Source: Capitella teleta
Lineage: Eukaryota
Length of the DNA stretch: 64,000 nt
Direction of reading: 5' to 3'
Assembly (NCBI GenBank): GCA_000328365.1
Contig: KB301608.1
Span: 59,525-123,524 of the forward strand
In this document: positions 14,189 to 25,970 of the stretch, piece by piece
Layout: each line of letters begins with the position of its first letter
Position numbering within the stretch: the first letter of the stretch is position 1
Made by a program: the position numbers and the translations under genes
The notes under the pieces: model-generated
Databases searched by the model: none
The model's input: only the letters and a program-made list of their open reading frames with translations
What the model was told of the DNA's origin: nothing

Positions 14189-17100
14189 GTCGGTGTCTCT
14201 CCTCGCCTTTCATCTATATAGCAACCGCTTTCACTGTTATGTAATAATTGTCTCTGATTGGACATCCGGACCGATCAAACGAATGCTGTCACACGCGGCG
14301 TGAATTGTTGACATTTTCAAACATTCAATTCTTCCGTTTAATGCTTCACGCACACCGAGTTTTCAATCCGATCTGGCAATGCCTGCAGTGTTATCGACGC
14401 TGATGAATTTAGTCCTGAGTGCAATTTGTTTATGCGTGCTTCGGTTATGGCACTGCACGATCCATTGCGTGTCGTGCGTCGCAGCTGCCGAAACTTCAAT
14501 TAGCGCGACCAGCGACGAGCGGCGTTGTTTCTGGTTTCCATCACATGTACATCAGCGCGACTGACACAGGTCACTCCATGGCATGAACTCTGGTCAAAGG
14601 TCAAGGATGCTCTGGCTTTTTTTTATATGATGCCTGCCATAGGGTTATCGAGCGATTTCACCGCCGCCGGCTGCCGTCGACGCAAAAGCATGTTTATCTT
14701 ATCTTAACATCCAAACGCCTATCTTTGCAAATTGCTCGCAAATTCGATCGGCCCTGAGGGACGCGACTCCGGAATCGGAATTCATTCGTCTCCCGAGCCC
14801 CGTTTGCCCCGACTATTGTATCCCTGCTCAGGGAATAATAATATTGCAACAATGCGATTCTGGACCGTTAACTTTTTCCTTGGAGGCAGCGCGTCATCAC
14901 CTTTCTGAGTGTTTGTTCGTTTCTATACGAACGTCGTGCTTAATTGACTCAATTGTTCTTTTCCTTTTTTTTCCGCGTTTCGACAGCGTGTCAAAGCTTA
15001 CAATATGCTTCTCGGCGCTAATGTAACATGCGCCATTGCCTGCCTAAAATTGCCGAACATTTTTACGAGATTTTAACAAGCAAAGCGCGCGAAATTCGAC
15101 CTGGCCTGGACGAAGTTTAATCACGGTTTATCGTCGTTAAGAATCCGACTGATGAGGCTGCATACGACCGGAGCGTCGTTTTCACATATCACCTTTCGCT
15201 TTTTTTACTGTCCTCTTCCCGGTTTTTATGTCGCTCTTCCTTCTCTTCGTGTTGATGGAAGCTTTTGAAAGTTGCTTTCATGTAGGCGAGCGTAACTGCC
15301 TCTGTGCGTGCATCGCCCGAATGCCTACGCAACATGCCATCTGCACCGCAATATGCTCGCCCATCTCATAATCACCGGTCTCGGTCGTTCGGCCCCCGAG
15401 GCAGATCGAAATTTCACTGCCTTTTATACTAAAAACCGTTGCATTGATAGTTGCCTTATAGCTTACGACTTCCTTCATGAATTATTCTGACGTATTTGCA
15501 TAATCTTTACAGATAACAAATTCGGTCGTGGGGTCTTTGGCTGTCCGCTGACCTTTAGCCTGTTGACCCACATTCGACCTCTATTCGATCATCTCAATAA
15601 GCCTCAATGTAAGTGCTCTCCTCCACCTCCTCTTTGTCTCCTCCTCACGCCTCTTTCCTCCTCCTCCTCCTCCTCCTCCTCCTCTCAGGCCTTCAACAAG
15701 AGGGTTTATTTAGGAAATGTGGCAACATCAACAGGCAGCGAATCCTCCGAGAACTGGTTGAAAGCACACCAGACACAGGGTCAGAAGTCATCGAGAGTCA
15801 GCTCAACAGCGGGAACTTCAGCCCGCATGATGTGGCTAATCTGCTGAAGGCCTTTCTGGGGGAGCTTCCTCAGCCTCTGTTGACGGAGAAGCACTTTGTG
15901 GCGCACACCCAAGTCCCAGATATGGCGCCATGCAAACACCTACAAACTGTGCAGCTGCTCCTCCAGCTGCTCCCTCAAGTGAATCTGCGGCTGCTTGACC
16001 AGTTACTGCGGCTGTTAGTCAACGTGGTTAAGGAAGAGTCCAACAAGATGACCGTTGGCGCCCTGGCCACTCTGTTTGCCCCGCACATTTTGGTGCCTAG
16101 AAAGGTGACAGCATCAGAGCTGCAAATGGTCGGCCCTACCATTGCCAAATCTGTGTCTTTTATGATTCATCACTCGTCAGAAATCTTCCAGGTTTGTTTT
16201 ATAATTGTCCATAAGTGACTTTGTTCTAAGTCTGTGTGGTTACAGCCGCCAGTGGCTTTGATGCGGGATGTCAGCTGCTGCTGGAAAGAGCTGAAACAAG
16301 ATTTATCAAGCGAAACTTCACCGAGTAGATCTTGCGCGGTTGATGGCATGTGCTCGGATTTCTGCAATCGTGTGGACAGAGAGGATCTTCCTGTGCACAC
16401 AATCGTCTCTTTCGCTGACCGGAAAGCGTCTCAATTAGCGGCCAATCAGACGGACACACAGGTCGCCCTAGCAGAACTTTACGCTCACGTTTCAAGAATG
16501 CCCGACTCAACGAAAAAGAAGAAGATTTTAAAACAGGTTTGTTGCGAATCTTTGCGACGATCTGTTTGTTCTAACGATTGTCTTCTCATCCAGTTCACAA
16601 AGGCTAACGGCCCAACCACGCCTCAAGAGAAGAATCACAAAAGGAGCCGTTCATTAGGGGAGTCATTGAAGAAGATCGTCAACCGAAACCACAAGCGGCA
16701 GGGATCAGGGAACTCCATTCAGCTGAAAGCAGTCTCCAACTCTGAATCTAAGTCAACGTTGCTTTCACTGGAAAACCAGGAGAATGAGCCCATTATTCCA
16801 CACAAAGTGAGTATCTTCAGTGTTTTACTGACGCTGTTGTAAAAATATTACGATATTCGGTGGCGGTCTTAGCCCCCCGTGATCAAGCAGCCATTGCTGC
16901 AACGACCACCAGCTGTCCAATCCTCGATCTTCAAACACAAAATGAAACTTGATCTGCAGCAGGAAATCATTCAGGCATTTATTCTAATTAGATGTTCAGA
17001 GTTTCAATTTGTTGCTGGCTACTTTAGCTCTGGCTAAGCTAACCACCTTGTAGCTAAGTTCTTAGTAGCTAAGGCTGTTATAATGTGTTATAATTCGCTA

Positions 17101-18232
17101 AGCTTGTATTTATTTAAGATGTGTTTTGATTCTTCTACTTCTTCTTTGCTTGGTGTACGGTTCTCTTATGCGCTGCTTTTCCTTCAGTATACACCTGTGA
17201 TCAAGTCAGGACGCAAGTACCTCTCTCCCAATTCTCTGATTGGGGTCAGCTGCACTCCGAACCATCGCTTGAATCGGCTTAAACACCACTCACTGCAGCA
17301 GGATGTTGTAAGTGCTTTCTGCTTTGCTTTCTTGGTGTTGGGATTCAGTAGGACCGTCCTCTCTAAGATTCATGTACCAGCAGCTCTGATGTCACCGATC
17401 TCATTGTTCTTCCTCTTCCCACAGCTGCCTTCCAGTCCTCGTGTTCATATCGTGGAAATGGGGTCACCAGGAGGTCCTCTTCATCCCTCTAAAGTCGTCT
17501 GTTCTCCGCATCAACGCCAAAACCGGTTGAAGCATCATTTGCTGCAGCAGGATGCTGTAAGTGTTGTCTCCTTCTGCTCCTGTTGCGGAGTGTTGCTACC
17601 ATTTTATTGAATAATTACTGCTGTTTTACCATTCATGAATATTCATGAGAATTATGTAAATTTGAACCAATATCTGGTATCTCGTTCGGAAGCTTTTCTC
17701 TTGCCGTTGAGGCTAGTGAATGATTCCGCATACCATTGACTGACCTTTGACCCCTCAGCAATCTCATGGTTCTTCTCTCCCTTCAGTTGCCATCCAGTCC
17801 ACGTGTCCATGTAGTGGAAGCGGGGTCGTCGCCTCTTCATCAGTCAAAAGTCACTTCCTCCAAGCAGATGTGCAGCTCCTCATCGCTGGCCGACCACAAC
17901 ACACGCTGTTCCCCCATCTCCAAGCCATGGTTTCAAAGCCGGACGCGATCGTCACACCTAAGGGCGCAGATGAAGGTTGCTCAGGCGCCGATCACGCCGG
18001 AGAAGCAACATCCTCCCCCCACCCCCTTCATATCACCCATTACACACACCATGAGCAAAGCCTCCACATCTGTCAAGGTGAGATTCCGTCTCCTGTCCAT
18101 TCATTTGTTTCATTTTGGTAGCGCACTTTATCAATCTTAGCAGATGTTTATTATGCTTTTTTTCGCTTACTCCAGGCTTCCATGATGACCCCAGGGTCGC
18201 GTAAACCCATGGCCCTCGTGCAGACGCCATGA
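13870..18232 (+). CDS. ARHGAP19: Rho GTPase-activating protein 19 ortholog, gene-level CDS span. Nine exons: 13870-14188, 15513-15608, 15689-16191, 16246-16536, 16594-16806, 17188-17307, 17425-17556, 17787-18077, 18176-18232.
   Basis: Exons were joined by GT-AG sites with consistent phases and give ~673 aa. The protein aligns along its length to human ARHGAP19 as I recall it. The N-terminal 'LLRLKSCNAEKLHTLCKMHLSFLLDLPGSSLEQFLG' matches 'FVEKLRHEKPEIFTELVVSNITRLIDLPGTELAQLMG'. The RhoGAP core 'FGCPLT...EGLFRKCGN...SPHDVANLLKAFLGELPQPLLTEKHF...ALATLFAPHIL' is present. 'ELYAHVSRMPDSTKKKKILKQ' matches 'ELFQHVHDMPESAKKKQLIRQ'. The C-terminal 'MMTPGSRK' matches 'VTMTPTRLK'. Confidence 0.8.
15513..15608 (+). 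CDS. ARHGAP19: ARHGAP19 exon 2
   Basis: Acceptor tttacag|, donor CAAT|gtaagt. The exon encodes 'DNKFGRGVFGCPLTFSLLTHIRPLFDHLNKPQ', the start of the RhoGAP domain. Confidence 0.7.
15655..15686. repeat. (CCT)n microsatellite in ARHGAP19 intron 2, immediately upstream of the exon 3 acceptor
   Basis: About ten tcctcctcctcc... units, seen directly in the sequence. Confidence 0.9.
15689..16191 (+). CDS. ARHGAP19: ARHGAP19 exon 3 (RhoGAP core)
   Basis: The acceptor ctctcag| follows the (CCT)n tract, and the donor is CAG|gtttgt. The exon encodes 'EGLFRKCGNINRQRILRE...LATLFAPHILVPRKVTASELQ'. Confidence 0.8.
16246..16536 (+). CDS. ARHGAP19: ARHGAP19 exon 4
   Basis: Acceptor ttacag|, donor AAACAG|gtttgt. 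The exon contains the conserved 'MPDSTKKKKILKQ' motif. Confidence 0.75.
16594..16806 (+). CDS. ARHGAP19: ARHGAP19 exon 5
   Basis: Acceptor tcatccag|, donor AAA|gtgagt. The exon is 213 nt and in frame. Confidence 0.7.
17188..17307 (+). CDS. ARHGAP19: ARHGAP19 exon 6
   Basis: Acceptor ccttcag|, donor GTT|gtaagt. The exon ends '...NRLKHHSLQQDV'. Confidence 0.55.
17425..17556 (+). CDS. ARHGAP19: ARHGAP19 exon 7 (duplicated module)
   Basis: Acceptor cccacag|, donor GCT|gtaagt. The exon encodes 'LPSSPRVHIVEMG...NRLKHHLLQQDA', a paralogous copy of sequence at the end of exon 6 and the start of exon 8. Confidence 0.55.
17787..18077 (+). CDS. ARHGAP19: ARHGAP19 exon 8
   Basis: Acceptor cccttcag|, donor AAG|gtgaga. 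The exon begins 'LPSSPRVHVVEAG'. Confidence 0.6.
18176..18232 (+). CDS. ARHGAP19: ARHGAP19 terminal exon (stop TGA 18230-18232)
   Basis: Acceptor tccag|. 'ASMMTPGSRKPMALVQTP*' resembles the human C-terminal 'VTMTPTRLK' region. Confidence 0.55.
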   Translation, partial: ASMMTPGSRKPMALVQTP

Positions 18233-18755
18233 TCGAACTCGGTTGTTATTCCCCCTTCTTTTGGTGCTTCTTCATATTGTCGACTGCTGAGGACCTCCTT
18301 AGACCTTCGTCCTTCTTGCAATATTTCACTGCCACATTGCAAACAATAGAGAACTTTGGCTACTTTGGCTGTGATTGGTGTGTGTGTGTGTGATGCTGTG
18401 TTTTTGTTGATTTTTTCTTCTTTTTTTTTTAAATACTTATTTTGTACATTTTTTCATTCTGTACATAGATAATGCTCCCTTTTCTTGTTGATTGTAAATT
18501 GATATTAAATTCACGTGAAATTTATCCTGGTTTTATTCCTGGTGTTCTCTTCTTCTAATCTGATTGGGAATTATATAAAGAGAAGTTATTTTTGATAAGT
18601 TTATTGCTGTCAAATTTGTACGCTGTCTGGAATAAGCAAAAAAATTCTTCGAGATGCATATATTATAAGTATCACAAAATCCGAATATGATGTTATATAA
18701 ATTTGCAAGACAGGGTTATCAAGCCACGTTTTCATCGTAAGAATTAGGTGTGTAT

Positions 18756-19054
18756 TCATTGTTGTAATAGCCAGTTCTTTGATTTCGGTACCTGTGTCCT
18801 CTTCCTCTTCCTCTTGGCCTCGGCCTCCCCTTCCCCTCTATCGAGACATCTAGGCAACTGCATTCCATGCGACCTTTCTGCACTAAAGGCCAGACATTGC
18901 TCCATCTGAATTGTGAACTCATCTGTGTCGACTGCAGTCATGTTCACCATCCAGATCTTCTTCAGATTTCTCTCTCTATTCTCTTCTATGAAGTTGGTCA
19001 CGGCTGCAACAAAAGAGCGAGCACACATGTCCACAGGAACATTCTTGTGCTGCC
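18756..19054 (-). CDS. macro-domain gene terminal exon
   Basis: Acceptor tgtttccag|. The exon encodes 'QHKNVPVDMCARSFVAAVTNFIEENRERNLKKIWMVNMTAV...' and then a stop. Confidence 0.45.
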
Positions 19055-21107
19055 CTGGAAACATATTGTACATTGATTACTGAGGTATTATTATTTGTCG
19101 TGCACCTGTACTGATGGGGGCTGTGGCAATAGAGTTCGCCAGGACACCTTCATTGGCTTCGTGCAAAATATTGTAAAACATTTTGACCATGCATCCTTCA
19201 CACTCTTCTTCATACTGGTAACTTCGGAAGTCTGGACCCATGACATAGATAAAGTACTTGCAGGGGAATTCGCGTGCTCCAATTGGGACGCTTACCACGT
19301 CTGCTTCCTGAAGAAAGATAACATGTACAGTATCATATGAGCAACTAGAAGGTTCCGTAGTTGGAAACTTAGTGCCAGGGATGAGGCATCAGAAATAACT
19401 CACTTTTAGGTAGCCCCAATTCTTCATGACATCTTTGCGAGCAGCATGGTGGTCTTCACCGCATCGTCCGAAGATGCGATAACTGGGAGGCGGTTGAAGA
19501 CTCTTGTCACAGGGAATGACGGTAGCATCCACAGGTAATGCAGTGATGTCTCCAGAGCACAGCTCAATCTCCAAACCATCCAGCTGGAACTTCCACGAGC
19601 CATCTTGGGGAGGAGCTTCCAGCACAGGACCTGTCATCTCCTTCGGTCTCACAGCCTGAAGAGGGTCATAAAGAGGCTGCGTTGCGTGCTTCTTGGACCT
19701 TTTTGGTGCCTCGTTTTGAGAATTGGACATCATTTCCAGCGATGGAGAAGTCTGGTGGAAGGATTGTCCATTTTGGGACAATCTCTCAGGTTCTTCTTCC
19801 TCAGTCATTTGCGTAGATGGTTCAAAGGCTTTTGCATTCTTATTGAGTTTTCCAGATCCCTCAACTCCACTCTTTCCAAATTGTTCACTGAATGATCCAA
19901 AGTCCAATGGCTTCTGATTTGGCTCTTGTTGCACTGAAGCCTGATCCCTTTTATGTTGCTCTTGTTGCACTGAGGCATGATCCCTTTTATGTTGCTCTTG
20001 TTGCACTGAGGCATGATCCCTTTTATGTTGCTCTTGTTGCACTGAGGCATGATCCCTTTTATGTTGCTCTTGTTGCACTGAGGCATGATCCCTTTTATGT
20101 TGCTCTTGCGGCCTTTGTCTGCCTCGGTGTGTCTGAACCCGATCCATTTTGTGTTGGTCCTGATGTCTACGGTACTGACGCTCTTTATTCTGCTGCACAG
20201 GGGGCTGCATGACCTTCTCATGTGGCTCTGGGTGTTCTCTGGGCCTGGTATCTTGATGTGCTGGGGCCTGGGGCATGTGTTGAGGTTCCTGATAAATGTT
20301 ATTAGATACCTCAGTCTGCTCAACCTCAACTTCTTCAGTCCATGAAGTAGATGGTCCCATGACTTTGGCCTGTTGGTTAAGACCTCCAGATTTCTCCACT
20401 TTAGTCTTCCCAAAATCTTCATAGAAAGTACTAGCTGTTGAGTTGCCATCTAGTGTTCTATCCAAATCATTCAGAACTCCTCCTTCCCATTCTTCACCCT
20501 GGTTGGTGTTCCCTACGTCCTCCTGATAGTCCTGGTTCCCACACAGGAAACTCTTCTGGCCAAGTTGCAAAAGCACATGCTCGAGCTCTGCTTGAGCGCT
20601 GTGCAACTGTAGTAGAGATCCACGCAGCCGAGCCTTGCCTCCACTGGCAAAAATGGTTTCCACTCCTGTCTGCTGAGACAGTCTCTGTAAGGTTTCTGGT
20701 ATGTTAGGGAGGATATCAAGGACTTCTGCATCGATTTCAGCATTACACCACCCATACAACTAAAGGATGACATTGGTATTGCAGCAAGAATTATTACTGC
20801 TGTAATCTTACCGTTTTAGGCAACAGGCTAGCTTGGACAGGGGCGTCGTTTATGAAGATGGTGGTTGAACAAGCAGAACTGGCAACTGCGGGTTGAAAGA
20901 CAGGTTACTAAGTACACCGATTTTTTTATAACGGTCAGTTCTACCTTTAGGGCTCTTGAACTTGACCACGCAAGCGGTGAGGTCACCTCGGCATCGTATC
21001 GGGTAAAGGATGTACAACACGTCCCTGCCAAACGCTTCCAGCAGGGACTCACGGGTGGATGTTACGTCACCATGTGGCTGAATACCAGTCACGTAAACTG
21101 AATCCAT
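18756..21107 (-). CDS. RRM-like / low-complexity / macro-like domain protein, gene-level span. Exons: 20945-21107, 19404-20725, 19106-19307, 18756-19054.
   Basis: The four exons have consistent phases and give ~662 aa. The N-terminal 'VYVTGIQPHGDVTSTRESLLEAFGRDVLYILYPIRCRGDLTACVVKFKSPK' has an RRM-like beta-alpha-beta pattern. The C-terminal three exons resemble a macro domain: 'ELCSGDITALPVDATVIP', 'PCKYFIYVMGP', 'SIATAPISTG', 'ARSFVAAVTNFIEEN' (compare MACROD1 'GDITLLEVDAIVNAAN', 'AKYVIHTVGP', 'SVAFPCISTGVFGYP'). The N-x6-GGGV glycine motif is not conserved. Confidence 0.5.
19106..19307 (-). CDS. macro-domain gene exon 3
   Basis: Acceptor tttcttcag|, donor ACAG|gtgcac. The exon encodes 'VPIGAREFPCKYFIYVMGPDF...SIATAPISTG'. 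Confidence 0.5.
19404..20725 (-). CDS. macro-domain gene exon 2 (Q/H/E-rich low complexity plus macro N-terminal part)
   Basis: This is one long ORF (19389-20759 in the ORF track). The acceptor atcgatgcag| lies at ~20726 and the donor AAA|gtgagt at ~19403. The exon contains five perfect 36-bp repeats encoding 'SVQQEQHKRDHA'. Confidence 0.5.
19922..20101. repeat. 36-bp tandem repeat, 5 copies, inside a coding exon
   Basis: The unit gctcttgttgcactgaggcatgatcccttttatgtt repeats head to tail. Copy 1 carries 2 substitutions, copies 2-5 are identical, and a partial sixth copy follows. On the minus strand the unit encodes 'SVQQEQHKRDHA' in frame. Confidence 0.9.
20945..21107 (-). CDS. macro-domain gene exon 1 (RRM-like)
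   Basis: ATG at 21107-21105, donor AAAG|gtagaa. The RRM-like domain call is an inference from the residue pattern only. Confidence 0.4.
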
Positions 21108-23809
21108 TCTCTAACCTGGAATGGAGGAGATCACACAATTATTGTCTATACATGTTATTTCAGACAGGGTTGGTCAGAACTACAGCTATACAAGGACATT
21201 TGCATATAGAAGAACAACAAACAAATAAGCCCAAGAAAATCAAGATACTGTAGATCAAAAGAGTTAATCAAACATTAAACAGCGAAGCATAATTATAACA
21301 TATAAAGTATATTACATTCGACCCTAAGTTCCTAAACAAATGGATATTCGAAGAAATAATTATTCTCATAAAAATAAAAAAACATTATCATATGAGATAT
21401 TGAATGCTACGGTAACTTCAGTAACAGAGGTATTTCATCTGCGTACCACCAAACCCTTATCATCCGTAAAATTCAATTGTGCTTTCACATTTTCACTTTG
21501 AAAACAGAGACATTCCTTGATGCCTATTATCGCGCAGGTAATTATTATTAATGCGATCATTGATCATTTTGATTTCATTCCTATGTGCTGATATATTGTA
21601 GCAGTTGGGTCACTGGATGGAGTCTATAGGCCAAATGCTCATGATAGTCCAAATTCCCTGTAAATACAGAATGGGCCAAAAGTGGTCTATCTACTCCATG
21701 TTAAAGAAAAATTAATTTGCTATAATGCAAGTTGTAAGTCATCGCGAAGAGCTTCTATGTGCGCGTAATCAGGTGGGCCCCTGAACCACTTTCATACAAA
21801 ATGGCATTTTTGTAACACAAACAAAACTTCAAAATTTGCTAAAATGTGTCACTTATTCCTAAAAAGTACTACCTGGTATGGATTGATTATGCTATTATGC
21901 GCCCATTTATGTAAAGAAACCAAGTAAAATATCAGTTTTGAATGAGAGAGGAACATTTCAATGCGAGTTGTGAGTGATCATGAAGAGACCAAAATCAGAT
22001 GAGCCCATGAACGAACATAAAAGAATGGCATCTCTTGTATGGCGCCTCAATACAAATTATCTGCTTTGTTTGGATTTTAGAAGATAAACATTGGTGCTAC
22101 TGTCGCATCAATAGCACTCTCAAACAAAACAATAGTACGAGAGCGTTGCCTTAATTAATAATTATGCGTTCAATGAAGCTTAACCATGGTCCGGAGCCCT
22201 GTTTACGGCCAAAAGTGGAAATATTGCGAAATGTTGAGTGCACTCTATTAGTTGAGATAAATCGGCCTTAAATAATGTTGATGAAATTAAAATAGAATTG
22301 ATAGGAATAACAGCATGACATGTTGAACTAACCATACCAAGTATTCCTTTCTCTTATCTTAGCGTGGTTTTTACACTGTAATCTGTTTTTTAACAATTTC
22401 TCAGAAATGCGTAGCACCATTAAAAGGCATTGCGATCTTTAACATGAAGTAGATAAACTAATTTTGGCCCACCCTGTATAATATAATATACATGCACACA
22501 CACACCCTCCCCCCCCAAACACACACACACAAACGCGCACGCACCATCACACACCCTTTCATACATATTACACACGTCGCTTCCTGAAAAGACGAGTATA
22601 GGCCTAAAGATGCTATTCATTGCATGTACATCACAATCATAACGTTCAACACACTGGTGATAAATGTATCGCGTATACTAGTGTATCCTGGTTATTGTAT
22701 GGTCCCACTAGTTACTAATACTAGTAATTATTTACTTTCAGTTGTAAGTGCAGTCTTACCTCAATTAGTCAGTCTATGCCGTCGGTAGCTCCTTGTGCGA
22801 GGAGAAATTCCTAAGTGGATGCGAAACCGACTTGGCAAATGCGATTGATCCACAACGAAAGTGAAAGAACGCAAATGGAAAAATAGGGGAATTTGTTTGG
22901 TATCGAAGGAGAGGTTATCAGTAAACAGTTCAATCGACGGGTTCTTCTATTGGTCGAGCCGAGTCGAGTCACGTCTTCTAGACTCAAAATTCAAGATTTT
23001 ATTGTCATAATGCTAACACACAGAAGTACTTTCTCTTTCCATATTTCAGCTAATAATCCGATATAGGGAGGGGCCTTACACTGCTTACCGGGCCTACAGC
23101 AAACCTCTTCGTGTGGTCCGCATGATCGGAGGGATGATCTCGTTTATAAAGCAAGGTGTAACTCCGTGTAATTAAGCATTATGCAGTCGTCTAATTAAAT
23201 GGTGCGGAGCTACACACGAAAAACAGTAATTTGCAGATGCATGCACACAATTATTTATAAAGAAAAACGTAGTAGAAATTGAGAAATTTGGAGACCAAAA
23301 TGAGGTCAAAGTTCCAAACTCTTTGAGTACTAGAAAAACACTACATGTAGTACGTACGCTGCACGAGCTTTGCTCGCCAGGGGTAGCGACGCGACAATCG
23401 GCGTGAATCGCGTCGTACTTCTTAAGGAGCTTGATCGTTGCATAATGGTTACACCTCGCGAGACTCGTAGTCGTGGATTGTACAATTCGCTTGAAGTGCC
23501 TTTGAATTATGCTGAAAAAAATCACCTGACAAGTCTTTGCACTTTACTATCCGCTCAGTTGCAAAGATCCTTTCCCCTTTGTGTAAATAAGTATAGATGA
23601 CAACAGATCGATATTTTGAGCGGACCAACGAAACTGAAAGTGGTCCTGGGAAATCCATGGTTATGTAGCAATGTTATATGGTTTTTGTGCGACATATTCA
23701 TGAAACCTGGAAACATAATTTCAGGTGGCTGGCGTGTCAGCGGTCGAAGGGGATCGAAGGCCCTCACCTGTTCACGCCCGTCTTTTATGTAAATTTCAGT
23801 TTTTAAATA

Positions 23810-24727
23810 CAGTGAAACCCCGCTAACTCGAACTTGAAGGGACTTCGACGAAGAGGGTTTTCGACGAATCAGGGTTTTCGAATTCTCAAAATTTTGATAA
23901 CGTTATGATCTATGTGATGACGTTATGATAGCGTATTGATCTCAAATTATGTTATGATATATAGCGTAATGACCTACCCTTGAACACTTTAAAGCTGCCA
24001 ACACACGGACAAAAAAATGAAAACCATTTGTTTTGAGTAGTTTGCGTTATTTATTGAACTTCATTTGAATCGTTTTGAAAAGAACGACGAAATTGAAGCC
24101 TGCTTCTGAACGGGGGTGCTACGGGTGACATATTTCAATACATCGTTAATCTTGGACAACATCTCCTCGCCATCAGGGAACTTACTACTTAGTCTCCAGG
24201 GTTACACAAGTGATCTTTCGACGGACTGATTAATTTGATGTGACGAATGATCGGGTTTTATACTGATGGGCAGAGTTTGTTTATTATTGATGTTTCCCAC
24301 CTATTCAACATCTAAGGCTATACCACTTTCTGTAATCGTCTGGTGGCTGCTTTAATCGACACGATGCGGTCGATTACGCAATGAAAAGACAGAGACGGAA
24401 ACGCTGATTTCTGCTGAACAATGCGAGCGGTGACACGCGAGTCGATCTCTGTTTGTACACGATTGTCCAAAAGAGTATACAGACTTGCGCTAATTGCAAT
24501 TAGCGAAAGGGTTCTTTGATCTAAAAACAACTTCGACGAATACGATTAGATTTTGCTCAAGGGACCGAAAAATTTGTTCGAGGATCAGGGTTTTTCGACG
24601 AAGCGGTGTTTGAGGAATCCGAGCAATCTGTAATGCTAAAGTATAGGGGATTCATCGGGACTTTGAAAACACTACGACGAAGAGGGGTCTTCGAGTTAAC
24701 CGTTTTCGAATTAGCGGGGTTTCAATG
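23810..24727. mobile_element. Non-autonomous DNA transposon (MITE-like, Tc1/mariner-like termini), ~918 bp
   Basis: The terminal inverted repeats are CAGTGAAACCCCGCTAACTCGAA (23810-23832) and TTCGAATTAGCGGGGTTTCAATG (24705-24727). TA dinucleotides flank both ends. Subterminal TTCGACGAA-type repeats occur in both arms. There is no long ORF. Confidence 0.55.
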
Positions 24728-25970
24728 TACGTTTCATTCAGCACAGTAAATCTTTCTGTCCAGATTCATTTGAATTGGTTTATAGGTTTGAAATTCTGAC
24801 GCCAGTGCTAATAAAGAAATACATGTATATAACTAATGTCAACTAATTGCTGTCTATCGCGAGGTGGTATTTTTAATTAAAGTTACTAACAAATTACACT
24901 CACTACCAGTAGGCCTACTAAATAAAGCTTCCTGCCAATTATATGCTATCGAAACCAATTGATTTATATAGTTTGTGCTGTTTTACTTATCTTCATTTGT
25001 TCTATTATTTTTTTTTTTTTTTTAATGCAGACAAATTGTCCTTCATGACGCGAAATAAAATATTAACGCCATAAATTAACTGTTACGTTACGACAAACAT
25101 GGACACATAACGCCATCAAAAGAATATCACTATCATAACTTATTCCGGGTAAGATTAATGTTTTTGCCATGCAGAAAAAACATGAGACCAAAAACAAAAG
25201 CTAGTTCACAACATGCTAACACATAAAGAGTGTTAATAAAGGCATTCTGTTGAATTATTTTCATTGGCAGCAAACTGCATTTGTTTTCTTTGGTAGGTGC
25301 AATATGGCAGGTCTTGTGTAGTGTGAACACGTAGGATAACTCTCATGATGAAATGCATATTTATTATTTTGTGTTATTTGGATTCCAGTTTCAGCTCTCA
25401 ACAAATTAAATGATTTTATTACTTGACTGCACCAATGAAGTTGTTGGGTGTTTGGTGCAACATTCTGGACCCAGCACCAAGCCATTTCAAGGTGAGCGTG
25501 CTAACCTACGAGACACATTCTATCCTAATGTGGAGGGACGGTACTCATATGCTCATAACCCAGGCTACAATTCCATGTTCAGGCCAACTTGATATGCTCG
25601 AGTACAGGTTCACAGATATTTTTTTTTTCAAACTTGAAACAAAAGTTTGTATGCATAAGTAGGATGATATAAATCTCATTTTATTCCATATGTATAGTAG
25701 CCCTTACACCAGGAGGTCAGAGTTCAAATCCTCAGATAAGAAATACAAAGCCTCACTCGGACTCCGGCACCTGATCAAAAAGAACGTGAAAATAAACTGA
25801 TGATAAGGGAATGAGAAACTTTGACCTCATTGCCTTCTGCACGAATCAAGTTTAGATGACATAAGTACCAACACGACACAAAAGATAAAACATTCTCATT
25901 TTGTTAAAAAAAAGAAAAAGTCGACAACATAAGGAATGACGACCAAATGAATTCAATTTACTAAATCTGC

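Noticed and set aside
13960-14265. 101-aa minus-strand ORF overlapping ARHGAP19 exon 1. Other antisense ORFs overlap the RWD-2H gene (30740-31162), the zinc-finger gene (for example 51423-51857) and the TEP1 exons.
   Set aside because: They are antisense to well-supported conserved coding exons and show no conservation signal. They are likely spurious open frames in GC-rich or coding sequence.
19922-20101. The five 36-bp direct repeats were considered as a CRISPR-like or regulatory array.
   Set aside because: The units are contiguous with no spacers, lie inside a long coding exon, and are in frame (12 aa per unit). It is a coding minisatellite.
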